Shown one piece after another: positions 27,872 through 37,523 of a stretch of DNA of 57,916 nt; position 1 is the first letter of the stretch, and each line of letters begins with the position of its first letter. The stretch comes from an uncultured Prevotellaceae bacterium (GTDB taxonomy: Bacteria; Bacteroidota; Bacteroidia; Bacteroidales; Bacteroidaceae): NCBI GenBank assembly GCA_945827465.1, contig CALZOH010000001.1, positions 1 to 57,916 on the forward strand, read 5' to 3'. The notes under the pieces were generated by a model, which worked only from the letters and a program-made list of their open reading frames with translations, was not told the origin of the DNA and did no database searches. The position numbers and the translations under genes were made by a program.

Positions 27872-28025
27872 TCCGTCGTCGCAACCGTTTCGGCCCTTTT
27901 GTGTGACCCGAGTCAGCATCGTCGCAACCGTTTCGAGGGTTTTGTGTGACCCGAGTCAGCATCGTCACGATCGTTTCGGGGGTTTTGTGTGACCCGAGTC
28001 AGCATCGTCACGATCGTTTCGGCCC
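27872..28025 (+). repeat. 43-bp tandem repeat, three full copies plus a leading partial copy
   Basis: Units start at 27897, 27940 and 27983: ttttgtgtgacccgagtcagcatcgtc(g/a)c(a/g)a(c/t)cgtttcg(aggg/gggg/gccc). The units abut directly with no spacers. Confidence 0.85.
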
Positions 28026-28066
28026 TTTTGTCATGTTATTGTTTAGTTCGATGAAAATCGAACCAC

Positions 28067-28186
28067 TGTAGGGGCGTATCGCATACGCCCTCAAATGATC
28101 GAAAATGAAACGATAACAACGAACACATCACCATCGTCGAACATGCCATTTCGCCAATGTGAAGGGCGTATACGATACGCCCCAAC
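28067..28186 (+). mobile_element. Second full-length copy of the MITE/REP-like element (diverged right TIR)
   Basis: Left TIR is identical to 27425..27449. Right end agggcgtatacgatacgccccaac has 2-3 mismatches. The interior is collinear with 27450..27520. Confidence 0.7.
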
Positions 28187-28314
28187 GGTTTTGGGGTGAG
28201 AACAGGGGGAAATATGGGGTGGTCGGAATGGTGACGGGGGTGACCATAAAAAAAGCACGCAGTCAACCGGGGGACGGCGACCACGTGCATAGATATAAAC
28301 ACAAGTGAAACGTA

Positions 28315-30579
28315 TTATTTGGTGCTCGGTGACATGTGGAACACAAGTTCGCCACCGGCATTCAGTTCATCAAAGGTAATATAACTACGGTCGAGCTGCT
28401 TACCGTTAAGCTCTACCCGCTTTACCAAATAGGTCTCCGGAGTAAGTCCTACGGCGCGTACGGTGAAATCCTTGCCCGACGGGAGGTGGATGACGGCTTT
28501 ATCGAACGAGGGCGTTCCCAACTCATATCGTCCGGAAACGGGATCCATCGGATAAAAGCCCAACGCGCTGAAAACGTACCAGGCACTCATCTGACCTGTG
28601 TCTTCATTACCGCAAATTCCCTCCGGTGTGTTAGCGTAGAGCGTGTTCATCACCTGGTGTACATACCGTTGTGTCTTGGCAGCTGCCCCAAGATGATTGT
28701 ACATGTAGATGGTATGATGACTGGGCTCGTTGCCATGAGCGTATTGACCGATGAATCCGGAAATATCTCCCGACGCATTCTCTCCGTCGACGCCGCTGCG
28801 CATGGTAAACAGCGTGTCCAAACGAGCTTCGAGCACGTCCTTGCCGCCTAACAGGGTGGCCAGGCCTTCGACGTCGTGAGGTACAAAGAAGGTCCACTGC
28901 CAAGCGTTTCCTTCGCAGTAATCATCTTTGCGATGATTGGACCGTAGAGGATGGAACGGCGTTCGCCAAGAGCCGTCACTGCACCGTCCACGTGCCAACC
29001 CCGTGATGGAGTCAATGACGTTACGGTAGTTTTTGGAACGATTAAGGAAGTAGTCGCGCGTACCGACGTCGCCACCGGTCAGTTCAACGAAGCGTGCGAT
29101 AGCAGCGTCGTCGTAGGCATACTCCAGCGTGCGTGCGGTGGCCTCCATCTCCTTGTCGCAAGGCACATAATCGTAGTTCATATAGTTAACAAAGCCCACG
29201 AAGTATCCCATGGAGTAACCACAAGTATCTTTCATGGCCGAATTGACCATGGCTTCGCGAGCAAGACGCGTGTCAAAGTCTGTAATGCCGTTGAGATAGC
29301 AGTTGGTGATGATCGGCATAGCGTGAACGCCGATCATTTGGAACGTTTCCTTGCCCCACAATGTCCAGATGGGCAGCTGACCGAAGTAGCGATAATGGGC
29401 CAACATGGTGCAAACATAGTCGCGCATCACGTCCGGACGAAGCACTGCGAGCAACGGACAGGCAGCACGGAAGGTATCCCACAGACCTATCACTGCTCCG
29501 TAGTAATTGAAGTCGTTCACCAAACGTGCATGACCGTCGGGCGAGCGGAAACGATGGTCTTGATCGGACAACAACATGGGGTACAGCATCACGTTGTGAA
29601 GAGAAGTATAGAACAACTTCTTCTTCAGCGAGTCGCTGGTCTCGATGTCAATGAGAGAAAGCTGTGATTCCCAAGCATCCGAGGCAGACTTGCTCAAGAC
29701 ATCGAAGTCGGCCGTTGCCTCGGCCAGGAGGTTCTGCTTGGCACCATCCATGTCGACACTCGATATAGCCGTGCTGACTACTATTTCGGGGTCGGAATCG
29801 TCGAACGTGAGCAGGAGTTTCAGGCGGCGACCCTCGGCCGAACTACTTTCAGGCAAGCGTTGGTCGCAGGAATAGATGGAAGCCGAACGAATGGGCGAGG
29901 AAAAACGGGAATAAAAGTAGACTTCCTGTCCGGTGACCCAACCATTGGACTTGCGATAGCCTCGAACGGTGAAGGAGTCGACAACTTCGAGGTAGGCCGC
30001 ATAGACCGTATCGACGTCGTGCTCAGGCAGAATGGTACAAGCACATGTAGAACCGTGCTCCAAGTCAATCACCAAAGGCGAGACATGACCGTCGCGATAA
30101 CGATAACGCTGGATACCACAGCGAGAAGTGGCCGTCAGGTCTGCCGTAATCGCGCCATCGTACAAATCTACCGTGTATAGACCGGGTTCGCACTTTTCAC
30201 GATGATGGTCAAGGGGTGAAATAAACTCGTGCGACATGAGTGTTTGCAGCGAATCGGCTGAAACATCCGTGGGCAAGGGCATAAAGAGAATATCCAGAAA
30301 GTCGGCGCAACCGCCACCACTCTTGTGCAGATGACTGAATCCGAGAATGGCAGGGTCGTCGTAATGATATCCGGAACCACTATCGCGTGTATCGGCACAC
30401 AACTGCATCATACCGAAGGGCACAGAAGCTACGGGAGCCACGCGAGCATTGCCGCCCGTTCCGATAAACTTGTCAACGAACGGCGTATGGGTGCGTTCAG
30501 ACGACGAAGAAGGGCTGCAACCCATCAAAACCAGTCCGCCCAAGAGGACTGAAAGGACGGAATAAAACGAATACTTCAT
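28315..30579 (-). CDS. Glycoside hydrolase family 92 (alpha-mannosidase), lipoprotein
   Basis: 754 aa. Lipobox LVLMGCS. GH92-typical YAHGNEPSHH and GNEDTGQMSAWY motifs. Confidence 0.9.
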   Translation of the reverse strand: MKYSFYSVLSVLLGGLVLMGCSPSSSSERTHTPFVDKFIGTGGNARVAPVASVPFGMMQLCADTRDSGSGYHYDDPAILGFSHLHKSGGGCADFLDILFMPLPTDVSADSLQTLMSHEFISPLDHHREKCEPGLYTVDLYDGAITADLTATSRCGIQRYRYRDGHVSPLVIDLEHGSTCACTILPEHDVDTVYAAYLEVVDSFTVRGYRKSNGWVTGQEVYFYSRFSSPIRSASIYSCDQRLPESSSAEGRRLKLLLTFDDSDPEIVVSTAISSVDMDGAKQNLLAEATADFDVLSKSASDAWESQLSLIDIETSDSLKKKLFYTSLHNVMLYPMLLSDQDHRFRSPDGHARLVNDFNYYGAVIGLWDTFRAACPLLAVLRPDVMRDYVCTMLAHYRYFGQLPIWTLWGKETFQMIGVHAMPIITNCYLNGITDFDTRLAREAMVNSAMKDTCGYSMGYFVGFVNYMNYDYVPCDKEMEATARTLEYAYDDAAIARFVELTGGDVGTRDYFLNRSKNYRNVIDSITGLARGRCSDGSWRTPFHPLRSNHRKDDYCEGNAWQWTFFVPHDVEGLATLLGGKDVLEARLDTLFTMRSGVDGENASGDISGFIGQYAHGNEPSHHTIYMYNHLGAAAKTQRYVHQVMNTLYANTPEGICGNEDTGQMSAWYVFSALGFYPMDPVSGRYELGTPSFDKAVIHLPSGKDFTVRAVGLTPETYLVKRVELNGKQLDRSYITFDELNAGGELVFHMSPSTK

Positions 30580-30600
30580 ATCTTGATTATATTAACAGCA

Positions 30601-32898
30601 TTAATAACCGGCCGCACGCTTGAGATGGAAGGTCTCGACATTGCGACCCTTCTCCTGACGATAGAGAGTCCACGAATTGTTATCGCTGCCTGCTTCCAAA
30701 TGCCAGTTGTAAGACCCATTCATCAGCTTCCGCTTCAACCAGCGGGGGAAGGCATTGGCACGACGCGCCTGCTCCCAGGTGCGGATGGCACGGAATATGG
30801 CATCTTTCTGAGGACAACTCTCAACGTTCTGCTGGTTCATCTTCAGGAAGTAAGTGGCGCCGTAGCCCACCGAGATAGCTTCGATGTGCTCATACTGCTC
30901 AACCGTAGAGTTTTTACCGATGGGGAAGTTTCCACCAAAGGAAACCGGATAGAAATTAGAGTAAGTTACGTCGCGTAAATCCTTGCCCTGACTCGTTGTA
31001 CTACCCCATTCGCGTGTATCAACGTCGTACAGGTTCTTTCCGCCACCGACATTCCACATACTCTGGTAATGCCAGGAGCCTTCCGAGAGTGTTGCGCCCG
31101 AGAAACGGATATAAGGAACTCCCAATCGGGCTGCCTCGTCAAACATGACACGGAAGAAACGTTTGGTTGAATAGTAGCCGTGACCATTGTTAAAGAGGAA
31201 TTCCTGTCCGTCAAAGTCGTAGAGCGTGAGGCCGCTGAATTTTGCGAGCCGAGCATAGTAACGTGCAATCTCATCTTGCAACGCCAGGTTGGGAATGATG
31301 CCGTCGTAGCCATAATTCACCGTCACCTGCAACTTGTAGATGGTGTCACCGGCTGCATGCGCCGTGGGTTGGGTTCCCCAGTAACCGCGTTTGACATTCA
31401 ACAGCGTGTAAGGAACCGTTTCGGACACGCCCAAGTAATAAATCAGCTCCTTTCCGATCTTGATCATGTTCAAATTCTTGCAATGTCCCTCCCAACTGGC
31501 TATTTCTTCGAGATATTTCGGGTCATCCACCACAATAAGGGTGTCGGTGGGCGAGATGTTTCGCACCAACAGGGGCTTTTGCTGGTAACAGAGGCTGTCA
31601 CTGGGTATGGGACTGGCATCCATCGTACCGGGCGCCAAAGAGTTGGTAATGCAGACACGGCCCAACATGTAGCCTTCAGCCTCTACCATGTCGGCAAACT
31701 CCCTGTGAGACTTGTTTCCGGACTCGAAACGGAAAGGTTTCTGCTTCTGATTGAATCCGTCAAGGTAACCTTCGTTGGCACGATTGGGTCGCAGGAAGCC
31801 TTGGTCGTAAGCATGAATGGCGGGCAGGTCCAATTGCTTGGCGTAGGCAATGATGCTGTCGTAACGTCGGCCCTCCGTCATGATGTCGGGGGCGTATGCA
31901 GCAGGATCCTTCACCCAACGACCTCGCCAGGTGGGATACGGAAGCTTTTCACTGATCACAATGTTCTGAATGACGTCAAGTAGGGCCGTGCTATCAGGAC
32001 TACCCCACAAGGCCACGGAAGATCCCAACATATCTACGCCCGGAACAGGCTCGACGTCGATGTGATTGGGCACATTCGCAGGCATATTGGGGATGAGCGA
32101 ATAGTAAACCTGACGAGGACGGGTCCGATCGCGCGACTGATAGTTGAGATAGATACGACCAAGAGTATCAACCAAAGCCGCATTACCGTACATGATGCGG
32201 TAGTAAGGCTCGCGATGAGAGTAGAAGGCCACGTCGCTGATACCATTACCGCCTAACGTGAATACTTGACCCTCATGCAGGTGAGAAGGCAGGGGGAAAC
32301 GCTCCTTGTCGGGCGTGTGAATGATGTATTGAAAGGGTGGAGCATCGCCTTCGATGTCGGCCGTACCACCCAACGTGTTGTCATTGAGCGCTAACATACC
32401 GATGCTGTAATTAACTGCTTCACTCGTATCGCGAGCCACACCAATGATCTCGCCCATCAAGTTGGTAATATTGGTATAATAGGAACCCCACTGAACGGCA
32501 TCAACACCATTCCGGTCGGTTAGATCCTTTAACGTCATCTTTAAATACTTGGCTTTAGGCTCCATGAGCACGGTAGCAGTAGCACCATTGGGATAATTGA
32601 GCGTAAACAACCCTTTTTTCTTGTCATAACAGCCTCGTTCGGGGGTGTAGTAGACCTTCTTTTGGCTGTCATAGAGTGAAAGCAAGGGCGACAGCTTGTC
32701 TGCCGGACTAAACTCGCGTTGTTGTTTAGTCGTTATATTTTTCATGCTGGTAATATAACCCTTGTCATTGACGCTAATGCCAAAGTATTGGGTCTTAAAC
32801 TGCCATGCCTGCTTTGAAGCACAGCCGGTAAGAAACAACGGCACTAACATGAGAAGCGCCGCCTTCAAGATTTGCTTTTGAAAACTAAGAAGTATCAT
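30601..32898 (-). CDS. Uncharacterised 765-aa lipoprotein
   Basis: Lipobox PLFLTGCAS. Long uninterrupted ORF 21 nt upstream of GH92 on the same strand. No family motif recognised. Confidence 0.7.
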   Translation of the reverse strand: MILLSFQKQILKAALLMLVPLFLTGCASKQAWQFKTQYFGISVNDKGYITSMKNITTKQQREFSPADKLSPLLSLYDSQKKVYYTPERGCYDKKKGLFTLNYPNGATATVLMEPKAKYLKMTLKDLTDRNGVDAVQWGSYYTNITNLMGEIIGVARDTSEAVNYSIGMLALNDNTLGGTADIEGDAPPFQYIIHTPDKERFPLPSHLHEGQVFTLGGNGISDVAFYSHREPYYRIMYGNAALVDTLGRIYLNYQSRDRTRPRQVYYSLIPNMPANVPNHIDVEPVPGVDMLGSSVALWGSPDSTALLDVIQNIVISEKLPYPTWRGRWVKDPAAYAPDIMTEGRRYDSIIAYAKQLDLPAIHAYDQGFLRPNRANEGYLDGFNQKQKPFRFESGNKSHREFADMVEAEGYMLGRVCITNSLAPGTMDASPIPSDSLCYQQKPLLVRNISPTDTLIVVDDPKYLEEIASWEGHCKNLNMIKIGKELIYYLGVSETVPYTLLNVKRGYWGTQPTAHAAGDTIYKLQVTVNYGYDGIIPNLALQDEIARYYARLAKFSGLTLYDFDGQEFLFNNGHGYYSTKRFFRVMFDEAARLGVPYIRFSGATLSEGSWHYQSMWNVGGGKNLYDVDTREWGSTTSQGKDLRDVTYSNFYPVSFGGNFPIGKNSTVEQYEHIEAISVGYGATYFLKMNQQNVESCPQKDAIFRAIRTWEQARRANAFPRWLKRKLMNGSYNWHLEAGSDNNSWTLYRQEKGRNVETFHLKRAAGY

Positions 32899-33105
32899 AT
32901 AAATAGGTTCGATTGTTTACGTAAAACTGTTTCGTCAGGACACTGCTGAGGTTCGATTCGGCAGAAAAGCCGTCGCAATTCGCACAGTATCTGCCTGAAA
33001 GAGCCACGAAAGTACTAATAATTTTTTAAAACGACCCAATTTTTCAACATTTATCTGTTGAGAATCTTCTATTTCAGCAGGAGTTTGATCAAATGGTATG
33101 CCCCA

Positions 33106-34935
33106 TCAGCGCATAGAACAGAAATGATCGATGGCCGTTTGGAGGTAAGCCTTGCCGATTTCAATGCGTTGTGCCGAGGGGGAAGGCTCTTCCTTGAGCA
33201 AACGGCTCGCCTTGAGGTCGATGGCAGAGAGACCGGTAGAGTCAATGTAGGTGAATCCCTCGTCGAAAGTATGAATGGCCGATGAATGGAAGTCGTTTGA
33301 CATGATATCACGACTGAACGGATAGGCTTCAACAGGTAATTGCAGTTGTCGCAGCAAAGTAACGGGCAAATCACTCTGATTACAGATGCGGTGAACGAGT
33401 CGTGGAGAACGCAACGCCCCTCCCAACCAAAGCATGGGAATGTGGGAACGCTGACGATCAGCCTCGGTAATGCCCGAAGGATAGCCGATGCCATGGTCGG
33501 CAATACATATCACCAGCAAATGCTGCCAAAGCGGAGTGCGTTGGAGGCTGTCGATGAATACACCGAGGCTGTGATCGGTGTAAGCCATGGCGTTGGTACG
33601 CTCATTCAGGCCCTCACGATGATAAGGCACCTCCCAGGGTTCGTGACTCGCCAATGTAAGCAAAGTCGTAAAACGAGGTGCCGACTGAGGACGAAGCAGA
33701 CGATGATACAACGAATCAAATACGATATGATCGGTAACGCCCCACGCATGGGTTTTACGCACGGACAGCGGGAAATGCGTGTCGCCCAAGACGGATTGAT
33801 AGCCGGTAGAGAGCAGATAGCTCTTCATATTCGTAAAATTGATGTCGCCTCCATAGAGAAACTCGGTGTCGTAACCGGCTTGGCCCAAACTTCGCGCCAA
33901 GGAAGGCAGGCAACGCGATTTTTCAGGCAGTTTCATCACGGATATCGTGGGAAATGCCGGATAACCACTCAAGGTTGACACCGTTCCACGGTCGGTGCGG
34001 AAGCTATTGGCATAACATTCCGTGAAAAGAACGCCTTCAGCAGCCAAACGATTGAAGCATGGCGTCACACCCGGCTCTCCACCCAATGGTTCAATGAAAG
34101 ATGCTCCGAAACCTTCCATCAAAATGAGTAAAATGTCGGGGCGTTTGCAATTCAACAACGTGTCGGTGGGCTGTTCGCCCCGATTCAGTCCCATAGAAGC
34201 CAACAAACGTTCGCGTTCCGACTCATTATAATAACGATACAGACGGTCGTAACGCTCACGTTTGAGGGAAGACGCCAACAAGCTGAAGGCAGGATTAACG
34301 GCAGCATGGTTGAGATATTGCTGATCCGAGAAATAAACGGCACCGATGTTCATGGTTGACTTACCTACCCCACCTCGAACAAACAGGAACAGCACTCCTC
34401 CCAACACGACCAATGAGCAGCTGATACCCAAGCGACGCAAGACAGAGGCACGAACATCAGCCACCGGTTGAGGAACGAGCCTCAACATCCTTACCAACAA
34501 GACTGTAATGAGCAGAATGGAAGCCAGACCGGCCAAAATATAGCCTGTAGAAACGCTGGCCAAGGCCTGACGTGGGGAGTCGATGTAATTGAAGATGGTA
34601 GCATCTAACTTAAATTGCCAAAATCCATAGAGAGCCGTGTCAACGCAAACAATGATGGCCAGTAAAAAAGAACTCAACCAAAAGTAGACGGAAAGAACCT
34701 GACGAAAAGATCCCCTGAACCACGTTCCGACAAGGGCAACCAGCAACGGAACGGCCGTAAGATAGCCCGCCGTGGAAAGATCAAGGGGCAAGCCATGGAC
34801 CAACACAGCCAAAGCATCGCCAAAACGGAGAGGAAATTCCTTGAGATGAAAAAGAAGGAACAAGACTTTGGCTAAGAGAAAGAATAAAACGTAGGACAGA
34901 TAAACTCCGCCTACGAAACAAAGACGCTTCTTCAT
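33106..34935 (-). CDS. LTA-synthase/sulfatase-family membrane protein (phosphoglycerol- or phosphoethanolamine-transferase-like)
   Basis: Five N-terminal TM helices plus an alkaline-phosphatase-superfamily domain (PDILLILMEGFGASFIEP, IADHG). Confidence 0.8.
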   Translation of the reverse strand: MKKRLCFVGGVYLSYVLFFLLAKVLFLLFHLKEFPLRFGDALAVLVHGLPLDLSTAGYLTAVPLLVALVGTWFRGSFRQVLSVYFWLSSFLLAIIVCVDTALYGFWQFKLDATIFNYIDSPRQALASVSTGYILAGLASILLITVLLVRMLRLVPQPVADVRASVLRRLGISCSLVVLGGVLFLFVRGGVGKSTMNIGAVYFSDQQYLNHAAVNPAFSLLASSLKRERYDRLYRYYNESERERLLASMGLNRGEQPTDTLLNCKRPDILLILMEGFGASFIEPLGGEPGVTPCFNRLAAEGVLFTECYANSFRTDRGTVSTLSGYPAFPTISVMKLPEKSRCLPSLARSLGQAGYDTEFLYGGDINFTNMKSYLLSTGYQSVLGDTHFPLSVRKTHAWGVTDHIVFDSLYHRLLRPQSAPRFTTLLTLASHEPWEVPYHREGLNERTNAMAYTDHSLGVFIDSLQRTPLWQHLLVICIADHGIGYPSGITEADRQRSHIPMLWLGGALRSPRLVHRICNQSDLPVTLLRQLQLPVEAYPFSRDIMSNDFHSSAIHTFDEGFTYIDSTGLSAIDLKASRLLKEEPSPSAQRIEIGKAYLQTAIDHFCSMR

Positions 34936-34952
34936 ATATCTTGAGTGAGGGA

Positions 34953-36788
34953 TTATAGTTGCTGCATATCGTTCAACCGCTTATAATAGCCATTGAGTGC
35001 CAAAAGACCATCATGCGTACCACGCTCTACGATGCGGCCTTCATGGAGCACACAAATCTCATCAGCATTTTTGATGGTAGAAAGACGGTGAGCAATGGCT
35101 ATGGTCGTGCGTGAACGCATCAACCTTTCAAGCGCTTCTTGCACGAGGCGTTCACTTTCAGTATCGAGTGCCGAAGTAGCTTCGTCGAGGATGAGAATAT
35201 CAGGGTTTTTCAGAATGGCACGAGCGATGCTGATGCGCTGACGTTGCCCGCCTGAAATGCGACAACCTCGGTCGCCCACATTCGTATCGTAACCTTGCTC
35301 TGTAGCCATGATGAAATCGTGAGCATTGGCTATCTTTGCCGCCTCAATCACCTGTTCGCGAGTAGCGTTCTTCACGCCAAAGGCGATATTATTAAAGAAG
35401 GTGTCGTTGAACAAGATTGCATCCTGATTGACATTACCAATGAGGCCACGTAAATCATGGATGCGAAATTCACGAATATTGGTCCCATCAAAAAGAATCT
35501 CGCCTTTTTGCACGTCATGATACCTCGGCAACAAGTCGACGAGGGTAGATTTTCCGGCACCCGACTGCCCCACCAAGGCGATGGTCTGACCTCGCCGAAC
35601 AGTCAGGTTAACATTCTCAAGAATGTTCTTTCCATCATCGGTGTAACGGAATGTAATGTTCCGGAATTGGATAGAGTCAGCAAGCGGGTGAATCTCTTTC
35701 GGTTGTTGAGGATCGCGAATTGGGTTTTCAGCCTTCATGATTTTGTTGACACGCTCCACAGAAGCCATACCTTTCGGGATATTATACGCCGCTTTTGAGA
35801 AATCCTTCAAGGGCTGGATAAGGCTGTAGAGAATCACCATATAAAAGATAAAGGTTGGAGCATCGATGGAAGACTGATTGGAGAATATCAATGTACCGCC
35901 ATACCAAAGCACCAAAACAATGAGCACGGTACCCAAGAACTCACTGACGGGATGAGCCATCGACTGTCGAAGGTTGACGCGAATGAGGAGACGGCGATTT
36001 TCGTTGGTTGAATCCTCGAATCGTCGCACCATCTTCTCCTCAGCAGTGAAAGCCTTGATGATACGCATGCCACCGAGGGTTTCTTCCAATTGCGCCATGA
36101 GTTCACTCCACTTGCTTTGAGCCTGGAGGCTCTGCTGCTTGAGCTTTCTTACAATAGAACTCAAGGCCCACACCAACAAAGGCATAATGACAATGGTGAA
36201 AAGCGTCAGCTGCCAACTGGTATAGAACAATACTCCTAAGTAACACACAATCAGAATAGGATTCTTTACCAACATCTCCAATGAGCCCGTAATGCTATTT
36301 TCAATCTCTTGAACATCGCCACTCATTCGGGCGATGATGTCTCCCTTTCGCTCTTCGGAGAAAAACGACATAGGCAGGGTCACTATCTTGCGATAGATGC
36401 TGTTGCGAATATCACGTATGATGCCCGTACGCAGTGGGACCATCATTCCGGCTGAAGCAAAGTAGCTGGCCGTCTTCAAGAAGGTAGAAGCAATGAGAAA
36501 CAGACCGATATAGAGCAATGTGAGCGAGGCACCATAATGAGCCACCCACTCCTGCGTATAATAATACAGATTGTTGATGATCATGTCTTTCATAGACACA
36601 TCGGAACTCCACGGAATGAACTGATAAGTTGCCTTGTCTATACCGAACAGGAGGTTGAGCATAGGCATCAACGACATGAAAGAAAAGACATTGAGAAGAG
36701 CTGACAAAAGATTAAAGAACAAGGCACCTAACATGAAACCTTTGTAAGGCCATGCATAGAGGCGCAACATGTGGAGGAATTCTTTCAT
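34953..36788 (-). CDS. ABC transporter permease/ATP-binding fusion, MsbA-like exporter
   Basis: Six-TM domain plus Walker A GQSGAGKST, signature ISGGQRQR, Walker B ILILDEATSALD. Confidence 0.9.
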   Translation of the reverse strand: MKEFLHMLRLYAWPYKGFMLGALFFNLLSALLNVFSFMSLMPMLNLLFGIDKATYQFIPWSSDVSMKDMIINNLYYYTQEWVAHYGASLTLLYIGLFLIASTFLKTASYFASAGMMVPLRTGIIRDIRNSIYRKIVTLPMSFFSEERKGDIIARMSGDVQEIENSITGSLEMLVKNPILIVCYLGVLFYTSWQLTLFTIVIMPLLVWALSSIVRKLKQQSLQAQSKWSELMAQLEETLGGMRIIKAFTAEEKMVRRFEDSTNENRRLLIRVNLRQSMAHPVSEFLGTVLIVLVLWYGGTLIFSNQSSIDAPTFIFYMVILYSLIQPLKDFSKAAYNIPKGMASVERVNKIMKAENPIRDPQQPKEIHPLADSIQFRNITFRYTDDGKNILENVNLTVRRGQTIALVGQSGAGKSTLVDLLPRYHDVQKGEILFDGTNIREFRIHDLRGLIGNVNQDAILFNDTFFNNIAFGVKNATREQVIEAAKIANAHDFIMATEQGYDTNVGDRGCRISGGQRQRISIARAILKNPDILILDEATSALDTESERLVQEALERLMRSRTTIAIAHRLSTIKNADEICVLHEGRIVERGTHDGLLALNGYYKRLNDMQQL

Positions 36789-36818
36789 AAGAGATGAATT
36801 AGGATGAATGAATGCGTT

Positions 36819-37496
36819 TTATTTCCGTCCGAAGTCTGCAGGAATCTCGCCCCAATGCTTGGTGTCCCATTTGAGTAGTCTTACAGACCAAGAATGGGTC
36901 TGCAACCACTTCTCGGCCCTATCAACCAAGTCCCAAACCTGTTTGGTTCGAGGAGTGAGCGCTAAGCGAGTCTTGCATTTTCCGTTGTTGACCCACAAAA
37001 GAGCATTACGACTATCGCTGTAAATGGTGAAAGCCGTGTGTTGTTTCTCCTGTAAAGCCAGTGCATGTACAATGGCCAAGAACTCTCCAATGTTATTGGT
37101 GCCGAAGATCGGACCGAATTGAAACAAAACAGCACCAGTAGAAAGGTCGACACAACGATATTCCATCATGCCTGGATTGCCACTACAAGCTGCATCAACA
37201 GCCCACGCACGGGCTTCGACCTCAGGAGGAAGCTGAAGAACCGTGTCGTGACGGTAGTCAGGAGGATTCGCTATATCGAGTGCAGGTAAAGCAGAGGCAA
37301 AGACTGACTTAGGACGGTAATAATCAGCAGGCGCTCCGGCTTGAAAGGCACGTTGAGCCTCCTTGAGCGAGGTAAAACTTTTGTATTGTGGGCGCTGGAA
37401 ACCTTTGACCTGTGCTTCACAAGACGGCCAATCGTTGAAGATTCCGGTCTGACGACCGCTCCACACCACATAATATTTCTGTTTTACCCTGCTCAA
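36819..37496 (-). CDS. rnhA: Ribonuclease H1 with N-terminal hybrid-binding domain
   Basis: N-terminal KYYVVWSGRQTGIFNDWPSCEAQVKGF (RNase H1 HBD type). Catalytic core DAACSGNPGMMEYR...EFLAIVHAL...YSDS. Confidence 0.85.
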   Translation of the reverse strand: MSRVKQKYYVVWSGRQTGIFNDWPSCEAQVKGFQRPQYKSFTSLKEAQRAFQAGAPADYYRPKSVFASALPALDIANPPDYRHDTVLQLPPEVEARAWAVDAACSGNPGMMEYRCVDLSTGAVLFQFGPIFGTNNIGEFLAIVHALALQEKQHTAFTIYSDSRNALLWVNNGKCKTRLALTPRTKQVWDLVDRAEKWLQTHSWSVRLLKWDTKHWGEIPADFGRK

Positions 37497-37523
37497 TGTT
37501 TCAATTTCAGAAGAAGAGAATCA

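Noticed and set aside
27872-28025. Possible CRISPR array, because regular 43-bp repeats are present.
   Set aside because: The repeat units abut directly with no unique spacers, there are only about 3.6 copies, and no cas genes occur in the window.
18105-32898. Reading the glycoside-hydrolase block as a canonical polysaccharide utilisation locus.
   Set aside because: No SusC (TonB-dependent transporter) or SusD homolog, and no hybrid two-component or ECF/anti-sigma regulator, is present. Hairpins and separate promoter boxes split the block into several transcription units.
32905-32965. Two ggttcgatt motifs that resemble a tRNA T-arm.
   Set aside because: The flanking bases do not form a T-stem or an acceptor stem, and no cloverleaf can be drawn.
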